NCBI GenBank assembly: GCA_021847575.1
Contig: JAJZQO010000002.1
Coordinates: 22,829 to 86,828 of the forward strand
DNA: 64,000 nucleotides
Source: Bacillota bacterium
Lineage (GTDB): Bacteria; Bacillota; Sulfobacillia; JAJZYS01; JAJYTV01
Direction: 5' to 3'
Of this stretch, positions 40,348 to 49,429 are shown in pieces; positions within the stretch are counted from its first letter, which is position 1; each line of letters opens with the position of its first letter. Under the pieces are notes generated by a model, which was given only the letters and a program-made list of their open reading frames with translations, searched no databases and had not been told where the DNA came from. The position numbers and the translations under genes were made by a program.

Positions 40348-41097
40348 TCAGGCAAGAGGCGGCAGGAAGGCCCCAAGGTCGCGGACGAGGCCCTCCTTCT
40401 CCCGGATCCCGAGCACGCTGAGGCGCAGGCCTGCGGCATAGCAGCTGCGGTCCAGGGCGTCGTGGCGCAGTGTCAGCACCTCGCCAGGGCTGCCCAGCAG
40501 AACTTCCTGGTGGGCGACGAGGCCAGGCAGGCGCACGCTGTGCACGGGCACTTCCCGCTCCCCCTGCGCCTCAAGCACACGAGCCAGCCTGAGAGCCGTG
40601 CCGCTCGGCTTGTCCCGCTTGGTTGCGGCATGCATCTCGATGACTTCCGCACCCTCGAAGTAGGGCAGCGCCATCTGCGCGATGCGCTCCACGAGCCATG
40701 CCACCACGGAAAAGTTGGCGATAACCGCCCCCGAAAGGCCCCGCTGCCTGCAGAGGGCATCGGCATCGCGCAGGGCGCTGTCCGTCACGCCCGTCGTACC
40801 GATGACCGGACGCACTCCCGACATGAGCGCGAGGCGGAGGTGGCTCTCGGCCACCTCCGCCCGCGTGAAGTCACAGAGCACGTCAGGCGCAAGCTCCGAC
40901 ATTGCGTCGCCGACGGCGCCGTAGATGTGGCGCCCGTCCGCCTTGCCGTGCCAGATCTCGCCCAGATCCCGCCCGGCGCTCGCCTGACCGACGGCCCCAA
41001 CGATCTCGACGCCGGACATGAGGTCGAGAGCCGCACCAGTCGCCCGGCCCGTACGGCCGGAAGGGCCAGCGAAAAGCACTCGGACGGGCTTTGTCAT
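40348..41097 (-). CDS. dapB: 4-hydroxy-tetrahydrodipicolinate reductase
   Basis: 249 aa. N-terminal Rossmann VLFAGPSGRTG and DapB C-terminal domain. Confidence 0.8.
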   Translation of the reverse strand: MTKPVRVLFAGPSGRTGRATGAALDLMSGVEIVGAVGQASAGRDLGEIWHGKADGRHIYGAVGDAMSELAPDVLCDFTRAEVAESHLRLALMSGVRPVIGTTGVTDSALRDADALCRQRGLSGAVIANFSVVAWLVERIAQMALPYFEGAEVIEMHAATKRDKPSGTALRLARVLEAQGEREVPVHSVRLPGLVAHQEVLLGSPGEVLTLRHDALDRSCYAAGLRLSVLGIREKEGLVRDLGAFLPPLA

Positions 41098-41098
41098 C

Positions 41099-41476
41099 TC
41101 AGCTCCTGAGCAGGCTCTCGAGGCGGAACGCCTCGCTCATGTCACCCTGAAGGCGCACGCGCCCCTGCATGAACAGGCCCATGGCCGACGCCTTCTCGGC
41201 CAGCAGATCCGCGAAGTCCGAAGTGGAGAGGGTGACGGCCGCCTTTGGCGCGTCGCCATCGTCAGGCACGATCGCCACCTGCCCGTCGTTGACGCGCAAC
41301 CGGAAGCGGCCACCGCCTTCGCCGGTCAGTTCCACGACGTAGTCCGAGGCGATGCCCTTGAGCTTGTCCTGATTCTCGTTCATGCGTGCCATGACGCCTT
41401 CCAGCAGTTCGCGTCCGTCCATGCACACCCGCCAGGTCGGCGGAAGCCCCCTCCCGAAGTCTGAGAATGCGCTCAC
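41099..41476 (-). CDS. SCP2 sterol-binding domain protein
   Basis: 125 aa. ...GLFMQGRVRLQGDMSEAFRLESLL, a typical SCP2 C-terminus. Confidence 0.6.
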   Translation of the reverse strand: MSAFSDFGRGLPPTWRVCMDGRELLEGVMARMNENQDKLKGIASDYVVELTGEGGGRFRLRVNDGQVAIVPDDGDAPKAAVTLSTSDFADLLAEKASAMGLFMQGRVRLQGDMSEAFRLESLLRS

Positions 41477-41518
41477 GTTGTTCCATCCGGAGTTCGCGGA
41501 TTCCTTTCCCCGTCCCCT

Positions 41519-42679
41519 TCAAACCTCCTGCAGTTGGTATTCCGCGAGCAGGGCTCTGGCAATCACCATGCGCTGGATCTCGCTCGTTCCTTCATAGATC
41601 TCGGTGATTTTGCTGTCCCGCACCAGGCGCTCCTGCAGCGTTCCCGCCTGGTAGCCCTCGCCACCCATCAGCTCGGCTCCCCGCATGGCCCCGCTGACCG
41701 CGACCTTCGATGCGAAGAGCTTGGCCATCGAGATCTCCTTGGTCGCGCGGATGCCCTGGCCGTGCTTCCACGCCGCCTGGTAGAGCAGCAGGCGTGCCGC
41801 TTCCAGGTCGGTCGCCATCTCCGCGAGGTGCGCCTGGACGAGCTGGCGGTCGGCGAGGCGGCGGCCAAACGTCTCGCGCTCCAACGCATAGCGGGCAGCA
41901 TTGTCGAGCGTCGCCTGCAGGATGGCCACCGCCTGCGCCGCGATGCCGATGCGCCCGCCGTGCAGCGTGCGCAGGGCGATCTTGTAGCCTTCGTCCACAA
42001 TGCCCAGCACGCGGTCGTCCGGCACGAAGACGTCCTGCAGGATGACGTCCGTCGTGGCCGAGGCGCGGATGCCGAGCTTGTGCAGCGGCGGTCCGAAAGA
42101 GAGACCCGGCGCGTCCTTCGGCACGACGAAGCAGGTGATGCCATGGCTGCGCTTCTCGGGCGAGGTGACGGCGTACAAAAGGTATTCGTCGGCCTGTCCG
42201 CCGTTGGTGGTGAAGACCTTGCGGCCGTTCAGGCGCCACCCTCCCTCGACGCGCGCCGCCTGGGTCTGCAGGGCGGCCGCGTCGGAGCCGGCGTTCGGTT
42301 CGGTGAGCGAATAGGCGCCGAGCACTTCGCCGCGGGCTAGGCGCGGCAAGAAGCGCATGCGCTGCTCCTCGCTGCCATGGTTGTATACGGCCTCGGCGTG
42401 GAGCGAGTTGTGCACCTCGAAGATGACGCCCGTCACGGCGCATGCGCGCGAGAACTCTTCCACGCACAAGGTGTACGAGAGGTAGTCGGCACCACGGCCG
42501 CCATACTTCTCGGGCAGCATCATGCAGAGAAAGCCCTCTTCGGCGAGGCGATGGAAATTGTACCAGGGAAACTCGTGCGTCTTCTCGTAGTCCGCGGCGC
42601 GCGGTGCGAACTCCAGCGTCGCGAGCGTCCTCGCCCTTGCCCGCGTCGCCGCCTGCTCCTCGGTAAGTTCGAAGTCCAT
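41519..42679 (-). CDS. Acyl-CoA dehydrogenase
   Basis: True start at MDFELTEEQ... (386 aa). ACAD N-terminal, middle and C-terminal domains, with the catalytic Glu near the C-terminus (YEGTSEIQ). The long ORF 41519..43261 is over-extended. Confidence 0.85.
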   Translation of the reverse strand: MDFELTEEQAATRARARTLATLEFAPRAADYEKTHEFPWYNFHRLAEEGFLCMMLPEKYGGRGADYLSYTLCVEEFSRACAVTGVIFEVHNSLHAEAVYNHGSEEQRMRFLPRLARGEVLGAYSLTEPNAGSDAAALQTQAARVEGGWRLNGRKVFTTNGGQADEYLLYAVTSPEKRSHGITCFVVPKDAPGLSFGPPLHKLGIRASATTDVILQDVFVPDDRVLGIVDEGYKIALRTLHGGRIGIAAQAVAILQATLDNAARYALERETFGRRLADRQLVQAHLAEMATDLEAARLLLYQAAWKHGQGIRATKEISMAKLFASKVAVSGAMRGAELMGGEGYQAGTLQERLVRDSKITEIYEGTSEIQRMVIARALLAEYQLQEV

Positions 42680-42761
42680 GGCAATCCGGCTGCCCAGCGG
42701 ACTCTGGCCCGCCGGGAAGCGCCGCCACCTCCTTCCGTCGTTGCCTGATGGGATCCCTACC

Positions 42762-43688
42762 CTACTCCGCCTCCGCGTGCAGCGCCCGCGCCGCCCGCAC
42801 CGGATCCAGCCGGCGTTCGGCCACCGCCGCCAGTACCTCCTGCCAGTTGCCCTCGGCCTTGCTCCTCGCGACCACGCGCTGCACCAACTGGTCCGCCAGC
42901 GCGTCGCGCACCAGGCGTTCGGCCTCCTGCACTCTTCTCGCCGACTGCTCGGGGTCCGAAAGGCGCACCTCCGAATGCCTGAGGATCGCGTCTGCGATCT
43001 CGGCGATGCCGATATCCTGCTGGGCCTGGGCCGCCAACACGGGTGGCTGCCATGTGCGCGCGGGACCCATGTGCAGCATCTGGCGCAGCTCCCGCATCGT
43101 CTGGTCCGCGCCGGGGCGGTCGGACTTGTTGACGACGAAGATGTCGCCGATCTCGAGAATGCCCGCCTTGAAGGCCTGAACGTCGTCGCCCAGCCCCGGC
43201 ACGACGACGACGATGGTGGTGTCGGCGAAGCCCATGACGTCCACTTCGCTCTGGCCGGCACCGACCGTCTCGAGCAGGATCAGGTCCTTGCCGAACGCCT
43301 GCAGCAGTTGGATCGCGCGCGGCGTCGCGCGCGCAAGGCCGCCGAGATGACCCCTCGAGGCAAGCGAGCGCATGAAGACTTCGCTGCCACGGCCCTCCAT
43401 GCGTACCCGGTCACCGAGCAGCGCGCCGCCTGTGAAGGGTGACGACGGGTCGACCGCCAGGATGCCAACCTTGCGGCCACGCGCGAGAAACTGGCCCGCG
43501 AGCTTGTCTACAAGCGTGGACTTGCCTACGCCAGGCGCGCCGGTGACACCGACCACAATGCCGTGTCCGGTATGGGGGTAAACCTCCGCGATGATTTCGT
43601 CCGCCGCCCGCGGCTCGCTTTCCACCAGCGTCAGGGCGCGTGCCAGTGCGCGCCGGTCACCCGCCAGGATGGACTTGCCCATGCTCAT
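42762..43688 (-). CDS. meaB: Methylmalonyl-CoA mutase-associated GTPase MeaB (ArgK family)
   Basis: Internal start [18 protein letters not shown]... P-loop [12 protein letters not shown] and NKxD-like VVNKSD. ATGA overlap with the upstream B12-subunit stop. Confidence 0.8.
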   Translation of the reverse strand: MSMGKSILAGDRRALARALTLVESEPRAADEIIAEVYPHTGHGIVVGVTGAPGVGKSTLVDKLAGQFLARGRKVGILAVDPSSPFTGGALLGDRVRMEGRGSEVFMRSLASRGHLGGLARATPRAIQLLQAFGKDLILLETVGAGQSEVDVMGFADTTIVVVVPGLGDDVQAFKAGILEIGDIFVVNKSDRPGADQTMRELRQMLHMGPARTWQPPVLAAQAQQDIGIAEIADAILRHSEVRLSDPEQSARRVQEAERLVRDALADQLVQRVVARSKAEGNWQEVLAAVAERRLDPVRAARALHAEAE

Positions 43689-44107
43689 GCCCGCTTTACG
43701 CACTCCCGGGTGAAGCGAACGATCTCGTCGGTTTCCGTGCCGGGTCCGAACACGGCCCTGACGCCCAGCTTGCGCAGCGCTTCGGCGTCCTCCTCCGGAA
43801 TGATGCCGCCTACGACGACCTTGACGTCGTCCATGTGCTGCAGGCGCAGGAGGTCGACCACCGCTGGCACCAGCGTCAGGTGGGCTCCAGACAGGATCGA
43901 GAGTCCCACCACGTCGACATCTTCCTGGAGGGCCGCCTCGACGATCTCCTCCGGCGTCTGGTGCAGACCTGTGTAGATGACCTCCATGCCTGCATCGCGC
44001 AGGGCCCGCGCGACAACCTTGGCCCCGCGGTCGTGTCCGTCCAGTCCCGGCTTGCCGATCAGAACGCGAATCGGCCGGGTGCCCTCCCTGTCCTCTGTAG
44101 CGGTCAA
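43685..44107 (-). CDS. Methylmalonyl-CoA mutase small subunit, B12-binding domain protein
   Basis: 140 aa. B12-binding DxHxxG motif ([12 protein letters not shown]). Confidence 0.8.
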   Translation of the reverse strand: MTATEDREGTRPIRVLIGKPGLDGHDRGAKVVARALRDAGMEVIYTGLHQTPEEIVEAALQEDVDVVGLSILSGAHLTLVPAVVDLLRLQHMDDVKVVVGGIIPEEDAEALRKLGVRAVFGPGTETDEIVRFTRECVKRA

Positions 44108-44745
44108 ACCACTGCCGCCTCCCGATTGCTTCCGAATACCGCCCGCACGGCGCGGACGAACCCAGCCTCTGTCGCATGTGCCCCGCTCGCGTCAAGCATT
44201 GGCGGCATCATGCCGCTACGCGATCCCGCAGGTTGGTGCACACCCTCGAGCGCGAGGTCTGCTGCCGACCGGTCGCGTTCGGTGCGGAACCCTCGCCGCG
44301 CGCCGCGGGCGCCCGCCGACTTGCGTGGGGATGAGTCTTGGGGCCGGAGTTGACCATGAAACTGGAGCGTTCGCCGAGCAGGTTGCCTTGGACAGGCGCT
44401 CCATGTCCCGCAATGGCTCGATGGCCACGCCTTCTCGGAGCCCTCGCCAAGCCTCTTTGCGTCGTCGGAGTCGCAGCCCATCAACCCAGGCATGTCAAAC
44501 GCGGTGGATCGACCGGTCCGACCCCGTCGGAGCAAATAATAGTAGAAGCGTTCGTTCGTCTCCATGGCCCCGCGACCTGTCGCAATTGTCCACGGGCGCT
44601 CGCGGTACATGCCCGGGTGGATTCCTCGGGTATACGGATACTGGCCGGGTTCACCAATGTCGCGCACCGGGTGCGCGGTCTGGCCATCCGCCCGATAGAC
44701 GGGCTGGACGTCGAGGCCCGACGGTGTTTTGCGCTCGTTGGCCAT
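44108..44745 (-). pseudogene. Remnant of the methylmalonyl-CoA mutase catalytic (large) subunit: about 105 N-terminal codons, then a frameshift and truncation
   Basis: PGQYPYTRGIHPGMYRERPWTIATGRGAMETNERFYYYLLRRGRTGRSTAFDMPGLMGCDSDD closely matches the MCM N-terminus. Similarity continues briefly in another frame (AIEPLRDMERLS) and then disappears. Only ~640 nt is available where ~1.6 kb is needed. Confidence 0.6.
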
Positions 44746-44916
44746 CGAACCACCTCCGATCGGTCGTCGCGGCGGTCTCCCACGCGCGAACGACGCGCGC
44801 CACACGTTTTCTGGCAGCACCCATTCTACGCGCAGCGTGGTTGAAGCGACAAGCGGCAGGCGCTGCGCCGCACCCTGTAGAAGGTTTGATCATTCGGCGC
44901 TATGGAGTGATCTTTC

Positions 44917-46293
44917 TTGCAGCTGTCTCCGGAGCTCTTTCGGCAGTACGACATCCGCGGCCATGTCGGCGCGGACCTGACGCCCGAAGTGGCACACCAG
45001 ATCGCGCTCGGCACCGCCGCCTACTGGCTGCAGCACGGGCAAGCCACCGCCATCGTCGGGCGCGACTGCCGCCTGTCGTCCCCGGAGCTCGCCGAGGCGT
45101 TTGTGGACGGGCTCTTGGACGGCGGGATGGAGCGCATCGTCGATCTCGGCATGGTACCGACGCCGTTCGTCTATTTTGCGCGGCACAACCTCGGGATCGG
45201 TCCCGCCGCGATGATCACAGGCTCGCACAATCCGCCGCAGATGAACGGCTTCAAGCTCGCGCTCGGTCCCGGAACGCTGTATGGCGCGGAGATCCAGGAG
45301 GTGCAGGAATGCTGCCGCACGGCGAGCGCCGGGCGCAGGGTGGGCCGCGTCGCGCCCTACGACATCTTTCCGGCCTACCGCAGACGCATGAAGGAACTCT
45401 TCCCCGAAGGGCTGGGCGGCCTGGAGGTGGTCGCGGACGCCGGAAACGGAGCCGGCGGCCCCTACGCGCCGACGGTGCTCGAAGACCTCGGGCTCGAAGT
45501 GCATCCCCTGTTCTGCGAGCCTGACGGTCACTTCCCCAACCACCACCCGGACCCGCTTCAGCCGAAGAACATGGCGGCGCTCCAGGCCGAGGTCGCCCAA
45601 CGGCATGCCCAGCTGGGCTTCGCCTTCGACGGCGACATGGATCGGGTAGGCGCGGTGGACAGCGGCGGCCAGATCATGGCCGTGGATGAGCTGCTGATTC
45701 TCTACTGGCGCGACATCTATCCGCGCTATCCCGACAAGCCGACCCTCGTCGAGGTGAAGTGCTCGCAGCGCCTGTTCGACGATCTCACGCGCATGGGCGC
45801 GCACCCCAGGTTCACCCCGACCGGACACTCTCTCATCAAGGCCGCCATGCGCGAAGTCGGGGCGGTCTTCGCGGGCGAACTCTCGGGACACATCTTCTTC
45901 GCCGACCGCTTCACGGGCGACGACGACGCGCTCTACGCGGCGCTGCGGCTCGCCGAGATCCGCGCGCGCAGCGGCCGCACACTTGCGGACCTGCTCTCGG
46001 ACCTGCCCCCCGCGTTCGCGACGCCGGAGACGCGTGTCGCCTGCCCAGAATCGGCCAAGGCTTCGGTGACGCAGTCCGTGCAGGCCTCCTTCGCAGGCCG
46101 ATTCCCGCTTGTCACCGTCGACGGAGTGCGGGTGATCTTCGACAGGGCATGGGCCCTCCTGAGGCCGTCGAACACGGAGCCGGCTCTCGTGCTGCGCGCC
46201 GAAGGCGAGACGGAGGCCGCGCTCGCATTCGCGAAGTCCCAGATGGAGCAGGCGCTGCTTTCGCATCCCGAAGTATCGCGTCCCGCCTGGTAG
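44917..46293 (+). CDS. Phosphomannomutase/phosphoglucomutase (alpha-D-phosphohexomutase)
   Basis: 458 aa. Active-site TGSHNP, metal loop FDGDMDR, sugar-binding GELSGH. TTG start. Confidence 0.85.
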   Translation: MQLSPELFRQYDIRGHVGADLTPEVAHQIALGTAAYWLQHGQATAIVGRDCRLSSPELAEAFVDGLLDGGMERIVDLGMVPTPFVYFARHNLGIGPAAMITGSHNPPQMNGFKLALGPGTLYGAEIQEVQECCRTASAGRRVGRVAPYDIFPAYRRRMKELFPEGLGGLEVVADAGNGAGGPYAPTVLEDLGLEVHPLFCEPDGHFPNHHPDPLQPKNMAALQAEVAQRHAQLGFAFDGDMDRVGAVDSGGQIMAVDELLILYWRDIYPRYPDKPTLVEVKCSQRLFDDLTRMGAHPRFTPTGHSLIKAAMREVGAVFAGELSGHIFFADRFTGDDDALYAALRLAEIRARSGRTLADLLSDLPPAFATPETRVACPESAKASVTQSVQASFAGRFPLVTVDGVRVIFDRAWALLRPSNTEPALVLRAEGETEAALAFAKSQMEQALLSHPEVSRPAW

Positions 46294-46417
46294 GCTTCGT
46301 GACGTCTTTACTCCCTCAGGCGCCCTGTCCACCTGCGTGCGAGCGAGCCTGACGGACATCGGACGAAAGCGTGGTATCCTTTTCGACGCCTTTGCCTTAA
46401 ATCGGCCAGCAGGTGTT

Positions 46418-46445
46418 GCATTCGCCCGCCTTGGTGGTATATTGG
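46418..46445 (+). promoter_or_regulatory. Sigma-A promoter (-35 TTGCAT, 16-nt spacer, -10 TATATT) driving the M-box leader
   Basis: -35 at 46418..46423 and -10 at 46440..46445, immediately upstream of the riboswitch aptamer. Confidence 0.6.
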
Positions 46446-46454
46446 TTGTGGATC

Positions 46455-46640
46455 GTCTGTTAGGTGAGGCTACCCGCGAGAGATAGGCTCTTGCCCGGAA
46501 ACATCGAGAGATGCCCACGGGTGAAACAGTCCCGGTCGATACAAGGCCGGAACCAGAGAGCTGGAGCGAAGCTCCTATGCCGCGCGGTGCTGAAGCTCAA
46601 CGAGAAGACGCCAGTTTTTCCTGGGCGTGTTCTCACGCCC
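46455..46640 (+). ncRNA. M-box (ykoK-type) Mg2+-sensing riboswitch with an intrinsic terminator expression platform
   Basis: Contains the hallmark M-box segments GUUAGGUGAGGCU and CCUAUGCC...GUGCUGAAGCUCAACGA. A terminator CCTGGGCGTG-TTCT-CACGCCCAGG plus T6 lies at 46610..46639. Sits upstream of an NRAMP transporter. Confidence 0.75.
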
Positions 46641-46837
46641 AGGTTTTTTGGTGAAAGGGGGGATCAGGCCGTGGCCGCTGACGATCATAGTAGACCCAGG
46701 CTTCGGGACGCTGGACAGGGTTCCGGGCAGGCGGCGGTTGCGGCCTGTCCCGTGGTGCGCGCCTTCTAGCCGCGCCAGGTCTCTCCCTGCACGCTCCCGA
46801 CGCCACCGACAACCGGTCGCGGAAGGAGGCGTGACGC

Positions 46838-48190
46838 ATGGCTTCGGCCAAGATGGACAATGAGCTTGAGTTGCCGCGGGACGTGCGTCAGCGCGCCGAG
46901 GACCGGCTTGCGCTCCAGTACGCGCGGCAGGATCGCGGCCTGTGGGCGAGCCTGCGGATGCTCGGGCTGCTGATCGGGCCGGGGATCCTCGTCATGATTG
47001 CAGACAACGATGCCGGCGGCGTCATCACGTACGCGCAAACCGGCGCCAGTTACGGCCTCGGCTTCTTCATCCCGTTTCTCGTGGTGATGATCCCGGTCGC
47101 CTTCGTCGTCCAGGAGATGACCGTGCGCCTCGGCGCCGTGACGCGCCGTGGCCACGCAGAACTGATCTTCATGCGCTACGGGCGCTTCTGGGGTACCTTC
47201 TCCGCCATCGATCTCGTCATCGCCAACACCCTCACGCTCGTGACGGAGTTCATCGGCATCGCAGCGGGTCTCGCCATCTTCCGCGTACCGATCGGCCTGT
47301 CGGTCGTGCTGGGACTGGCCGCCGTCTGGGCTGTCACGCTGATCGGGCGCTATCGGCTTTGGGAGCGCATTTCCCTCTGGGTCGCGCTGCTCAATGTCGT
47401 GTTCGTGCCACTTGCCCTGGCCGCCCATCCCGACTTCGCCGCCGTGGCAAGCAGCTTCCTCACGTGGCACATCCGCGGCGGGGCCTCAGGGCCATTCCTC
47501 ATGCTGCTCCTGGCGAACCTCGGCACCACGATCGCGCCCTGGATGCTGTTCTTCCAGCAGTCCGCCGTCGTCGACAAGGGCCTCACCCCACGCGATGTGC
47601 GCTTCGGCCGCGTGGACACTTTGATCGGCAGCGTCGTGATGGGCGTGGTGGCCATCGCGCTCGTCATCCTCGCCGCCACCGTGCTGCACGCCGTCCCAGG
47701 AGCAAGCGGGCTCGAGATCCGCTCCATCCTGAGTTCCGTCGGCAGGCATGTCGGCAGCTGGGCGGAGTCGCTGTTCGCCCTGGGTCTGATTGAGTCCGGC
47801 CTGATTGCAGCCATGGCCATCACCGCGAGCACCTCGTGGGCCGCCGGTGAGGCCCTCGGCCTGAAGGTCCGCAGCCTGAACGCCGGACTCAGGCAGGCGC
47901 TTCCCTTCTACCTGCCGGGCCTGATCGCCGTCACCCTGGCCGCCTGCGTCGTCCTTATCCCCGGTGCGCCGCTCGGTTACCTCAACGTCCTCGTGCAAGT
48001 GCTCGCCACCGTGTTCATGCCCGCGGCGCTGCTGTTCCTCCTGCTCCTCGTCAACGACCGCGAAGTGATGGGCCGACACGTCAACAGCCGCCTGCAGAAC
48101 GTGACGGCGATCGGCATCGTCGCACTCCTCGTCCTCATGAACGGCCTCTACGGCCTCTCGGTCGTGCTGCCTTCCCTCTTCCCGCACTGA
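46838..48190 (+). CDS. NRAMP-family divalent cation transporter (MntH-like; possibly the Mg2+-transporting NrmT subtype)
   Basis: 450 aa, 11-12 TM. NRAMP motif IGPGILVMIADNDAGGVITYAQTGASYG. GGAAGGAGG RBS. Confidence 0.8.
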   Translation: MASAKMDNELELPRDVRQRAEDRLALQYARQDRGLWASLRMLGLLIGPGILVMIADNDAGGVITYAQTGASYGLGFFIPFLVVMIPVAFVVQEMTVRLGAVTRRGHAELIFMRYGRFWGTFSAIDLVIANTLTLVTEFIGIAAGLAIFRVPIGLSVVLGLAAVWAVTLIGRYRLWERISLWVALLNVVFVPLALAAHPDFAAVASSFLTWHIRGGASGPFLMLLLANLGTTIAPWMLFFQQSAVVDKGLTPRDVRFGRVDTLIGSVVMGVVAIALVILAATVLHAVPGASGLEIRSILSSVGRHVGSWAESLFALGLIESGLIAAMAITASTSWAAGEALGLKVRSLNAGLRQALPFYLPGLIAVTLAACVVLIPGAPLGYLNVLVQVLATVFMPAALLFLLLLVNDREVMGRHVNSRLQNVTAIGIVALLVLMNGLYGLSVVLPSLFPH

Positions 48191-48208
48191 TCTCGTTGAA
48201 AGGAGTCG

Positions 48209-48409
48209 ATGCACATGGCCCGCACGCTCAGCTACGACCAGGACGCGATCTGGAATGTCGTGCGCGAGGAATCACTCCTGCAGGAGCCACCCGTCTTCCA
48301 CCGCGTCGACGTCCGCGGCCCTGTGGCGGTGGTCTGGTGGGGTCTTCGCATCTACGTCGTGCTGATGGCCGCACTGGTTGTCACCGGCTTTTTGCACGGT
48401 CTGCGCTAG
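48209..48409 (+). CDS. Small membrane protein (66 aa), hypothetical, co-transcribed with the NRAMP gene
   Basis: AGGAG RBS. One predicted TM helix (VAVVWWGLRIYVVLMAALVVTGFL). Starts 18 nt after the NRAMP stop. Confidence 0.4.
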   Translation: MHMARTLSYDQDAIWNVVREESLLQEPPVFHRVDVRGPVAVVWWGLRIYVVLMAALVVTGFLHGLR

Positions 48410-48427
48410 GATCGATGTCGCATGGTC

Positions 48428-48461
48428 GACAGCGGCGGGGGGACCTGCCGCTGTCTATGTT
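48428..48461. terminator. Bidirectional intrinsic terminator hairpin (GACAGCGGC-N10-GCCGCTGTC)
   Basis: 9-bp perfect stem between the convergent small ORF (+) and lysR (-), followed by a T-rich stretch. Confidence 0.5.
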
Positions 48462-49351
48462 TAAGTGAGCTCATCGTGCAGTGCCTGCCAGAGTGCCTCC
48501 TCGACCGGAAGGCGCCGGCGGCTGAGTCCCCTGTACGTGTAGACCCTGCGCGGCCCGCCGAGGTCCGGACAGGTCGCGGCCGCGAGGCGGCCGGCCTCCA
48601 CCTCCCACGCGACCGAAAGCCGGGAAAGCACCGCAACGCCGAGCCCCGCCGCGACCGCCCGCTTCACCGCCTCGTTCGAGGCGAGCTCCATCACCGGCCG
48701 CGGCTCATGGCCGAGCGCCCTCTGCAGCACGACCCGGGTGTGCGACTCGCTCTCCCGCAGGACGAGGGGCGCCGCCGCGAGCTCCGCGATCGTCCAGTCG
48801 CGATTTCTGCGGGGATCGCCCGCGGACAGGACGATGCTCAGCTCTTCCGTGCCCAAAGTGTCGATCTCGAACCCGCCTTGCCAAGGCGGCGTGTCGAGCG
48901 CCCCCATGGCGACGGCGACGTCGATCGCTCCACTCTCCAGAAGCTCGCGCAGCGCCGCGGGATTCTCCACGCTCAGCGTGATCTGGACATCGGGATGCCG
49001 GCGCACGAACGGTGCAAGACGGTAGGGCAGAAGGTAACTGGAGGGCGTTGCGCTGGCCCCGATGCGCACCCGCCCGCCGCCACCGCGCATGGTCTCCATG
49101 GCGCGGTCCAGGGCCTCGACGCCTCTGAGCACACGGTCGACATGGCGAAGCAGCTCGTCCCCGGCGGCGGTAAGCTGGATCCGCCTGTGGACCACCTCGA
49201 CGAGCGGCACGCCGAGTTCCTGCTCGAGGGCACGCACCTGCATGCTGATCGCCGGCTGGCTCCGCCCGAGCACTGCGGCCGCGGCTGTGAACGTCCGGGA
49301 CTGCGCCACCACCTGGAACACCTTCAGCTGGCCGAGCTGCAATCTCCTCAC
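48461..49351 (-). CDS. LysR-family transcriptional regulator
   Basis: 296 aa. N-terminal HTH (LKVFQVVAQSRTFTAAAAVLGRSQPAISMQVRALE) plus a LysR substrate-binding domain. GTG start. Confidence 0.85.
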   Translation of the reverse strand: MRRLQLGQLKVFQVVAQSRTFTAAAAVLGRSQPAISMQVRALEQELGVPLVEVVHRRIQLTAAGDELLRHVDRVLRGVEALDRAMETMRGGGGRVRIGASATPSSYLLPYRLAPFVRRHPDVQITLSVENPAALRELLESGAIDVAVAMGALDTPPWQGGFEIDTLGTEELSIVLSAGDPRRNRDWTIAELAAAPLVLRESESHTRVVLQRALGHEPRPVMELASNEAVKRAVAAGLGVAVLSRLSVAWEVEAGRLAAATCPDLGGPRRVYTYRGLSRRRLPVEEALWQALHDELT

Positions 49352-49355
49352 TCCG

Positions 49356-49370
49356 ATAAGCGCAGCTTAT
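49356..49370. promoter_or_regulatory. LysR-type T-N11-A box ATAAGCGCAGCTTAT in the divergent lysR/MFS promoter region
   Basis: Perfect dyad ATAAGC-GCA-GCTTAT 5 nt upstream of the lysR start, in an AT-richer 80-nt intergenic region. Confidence 0.55.
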
Positions 49371-49429
49371 GGTAATACGAAGATACTGTAGCATTTTTCT
49401 TTCGCTACGGATGCACTATCCTTTTTGTC

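Noticed and set aside
40322-40439. N-terminal 39 codons of the methyltransferase ORF that overlap the 3' end of dapB.
   Set aside because: The overlap of 91 nt with a well-conserved gene is implausible. A TTG start downstream of the dapB stop gives a protein of normal length for a class I methyltransferase, so the extension is treated as an ORF-calling artefact.
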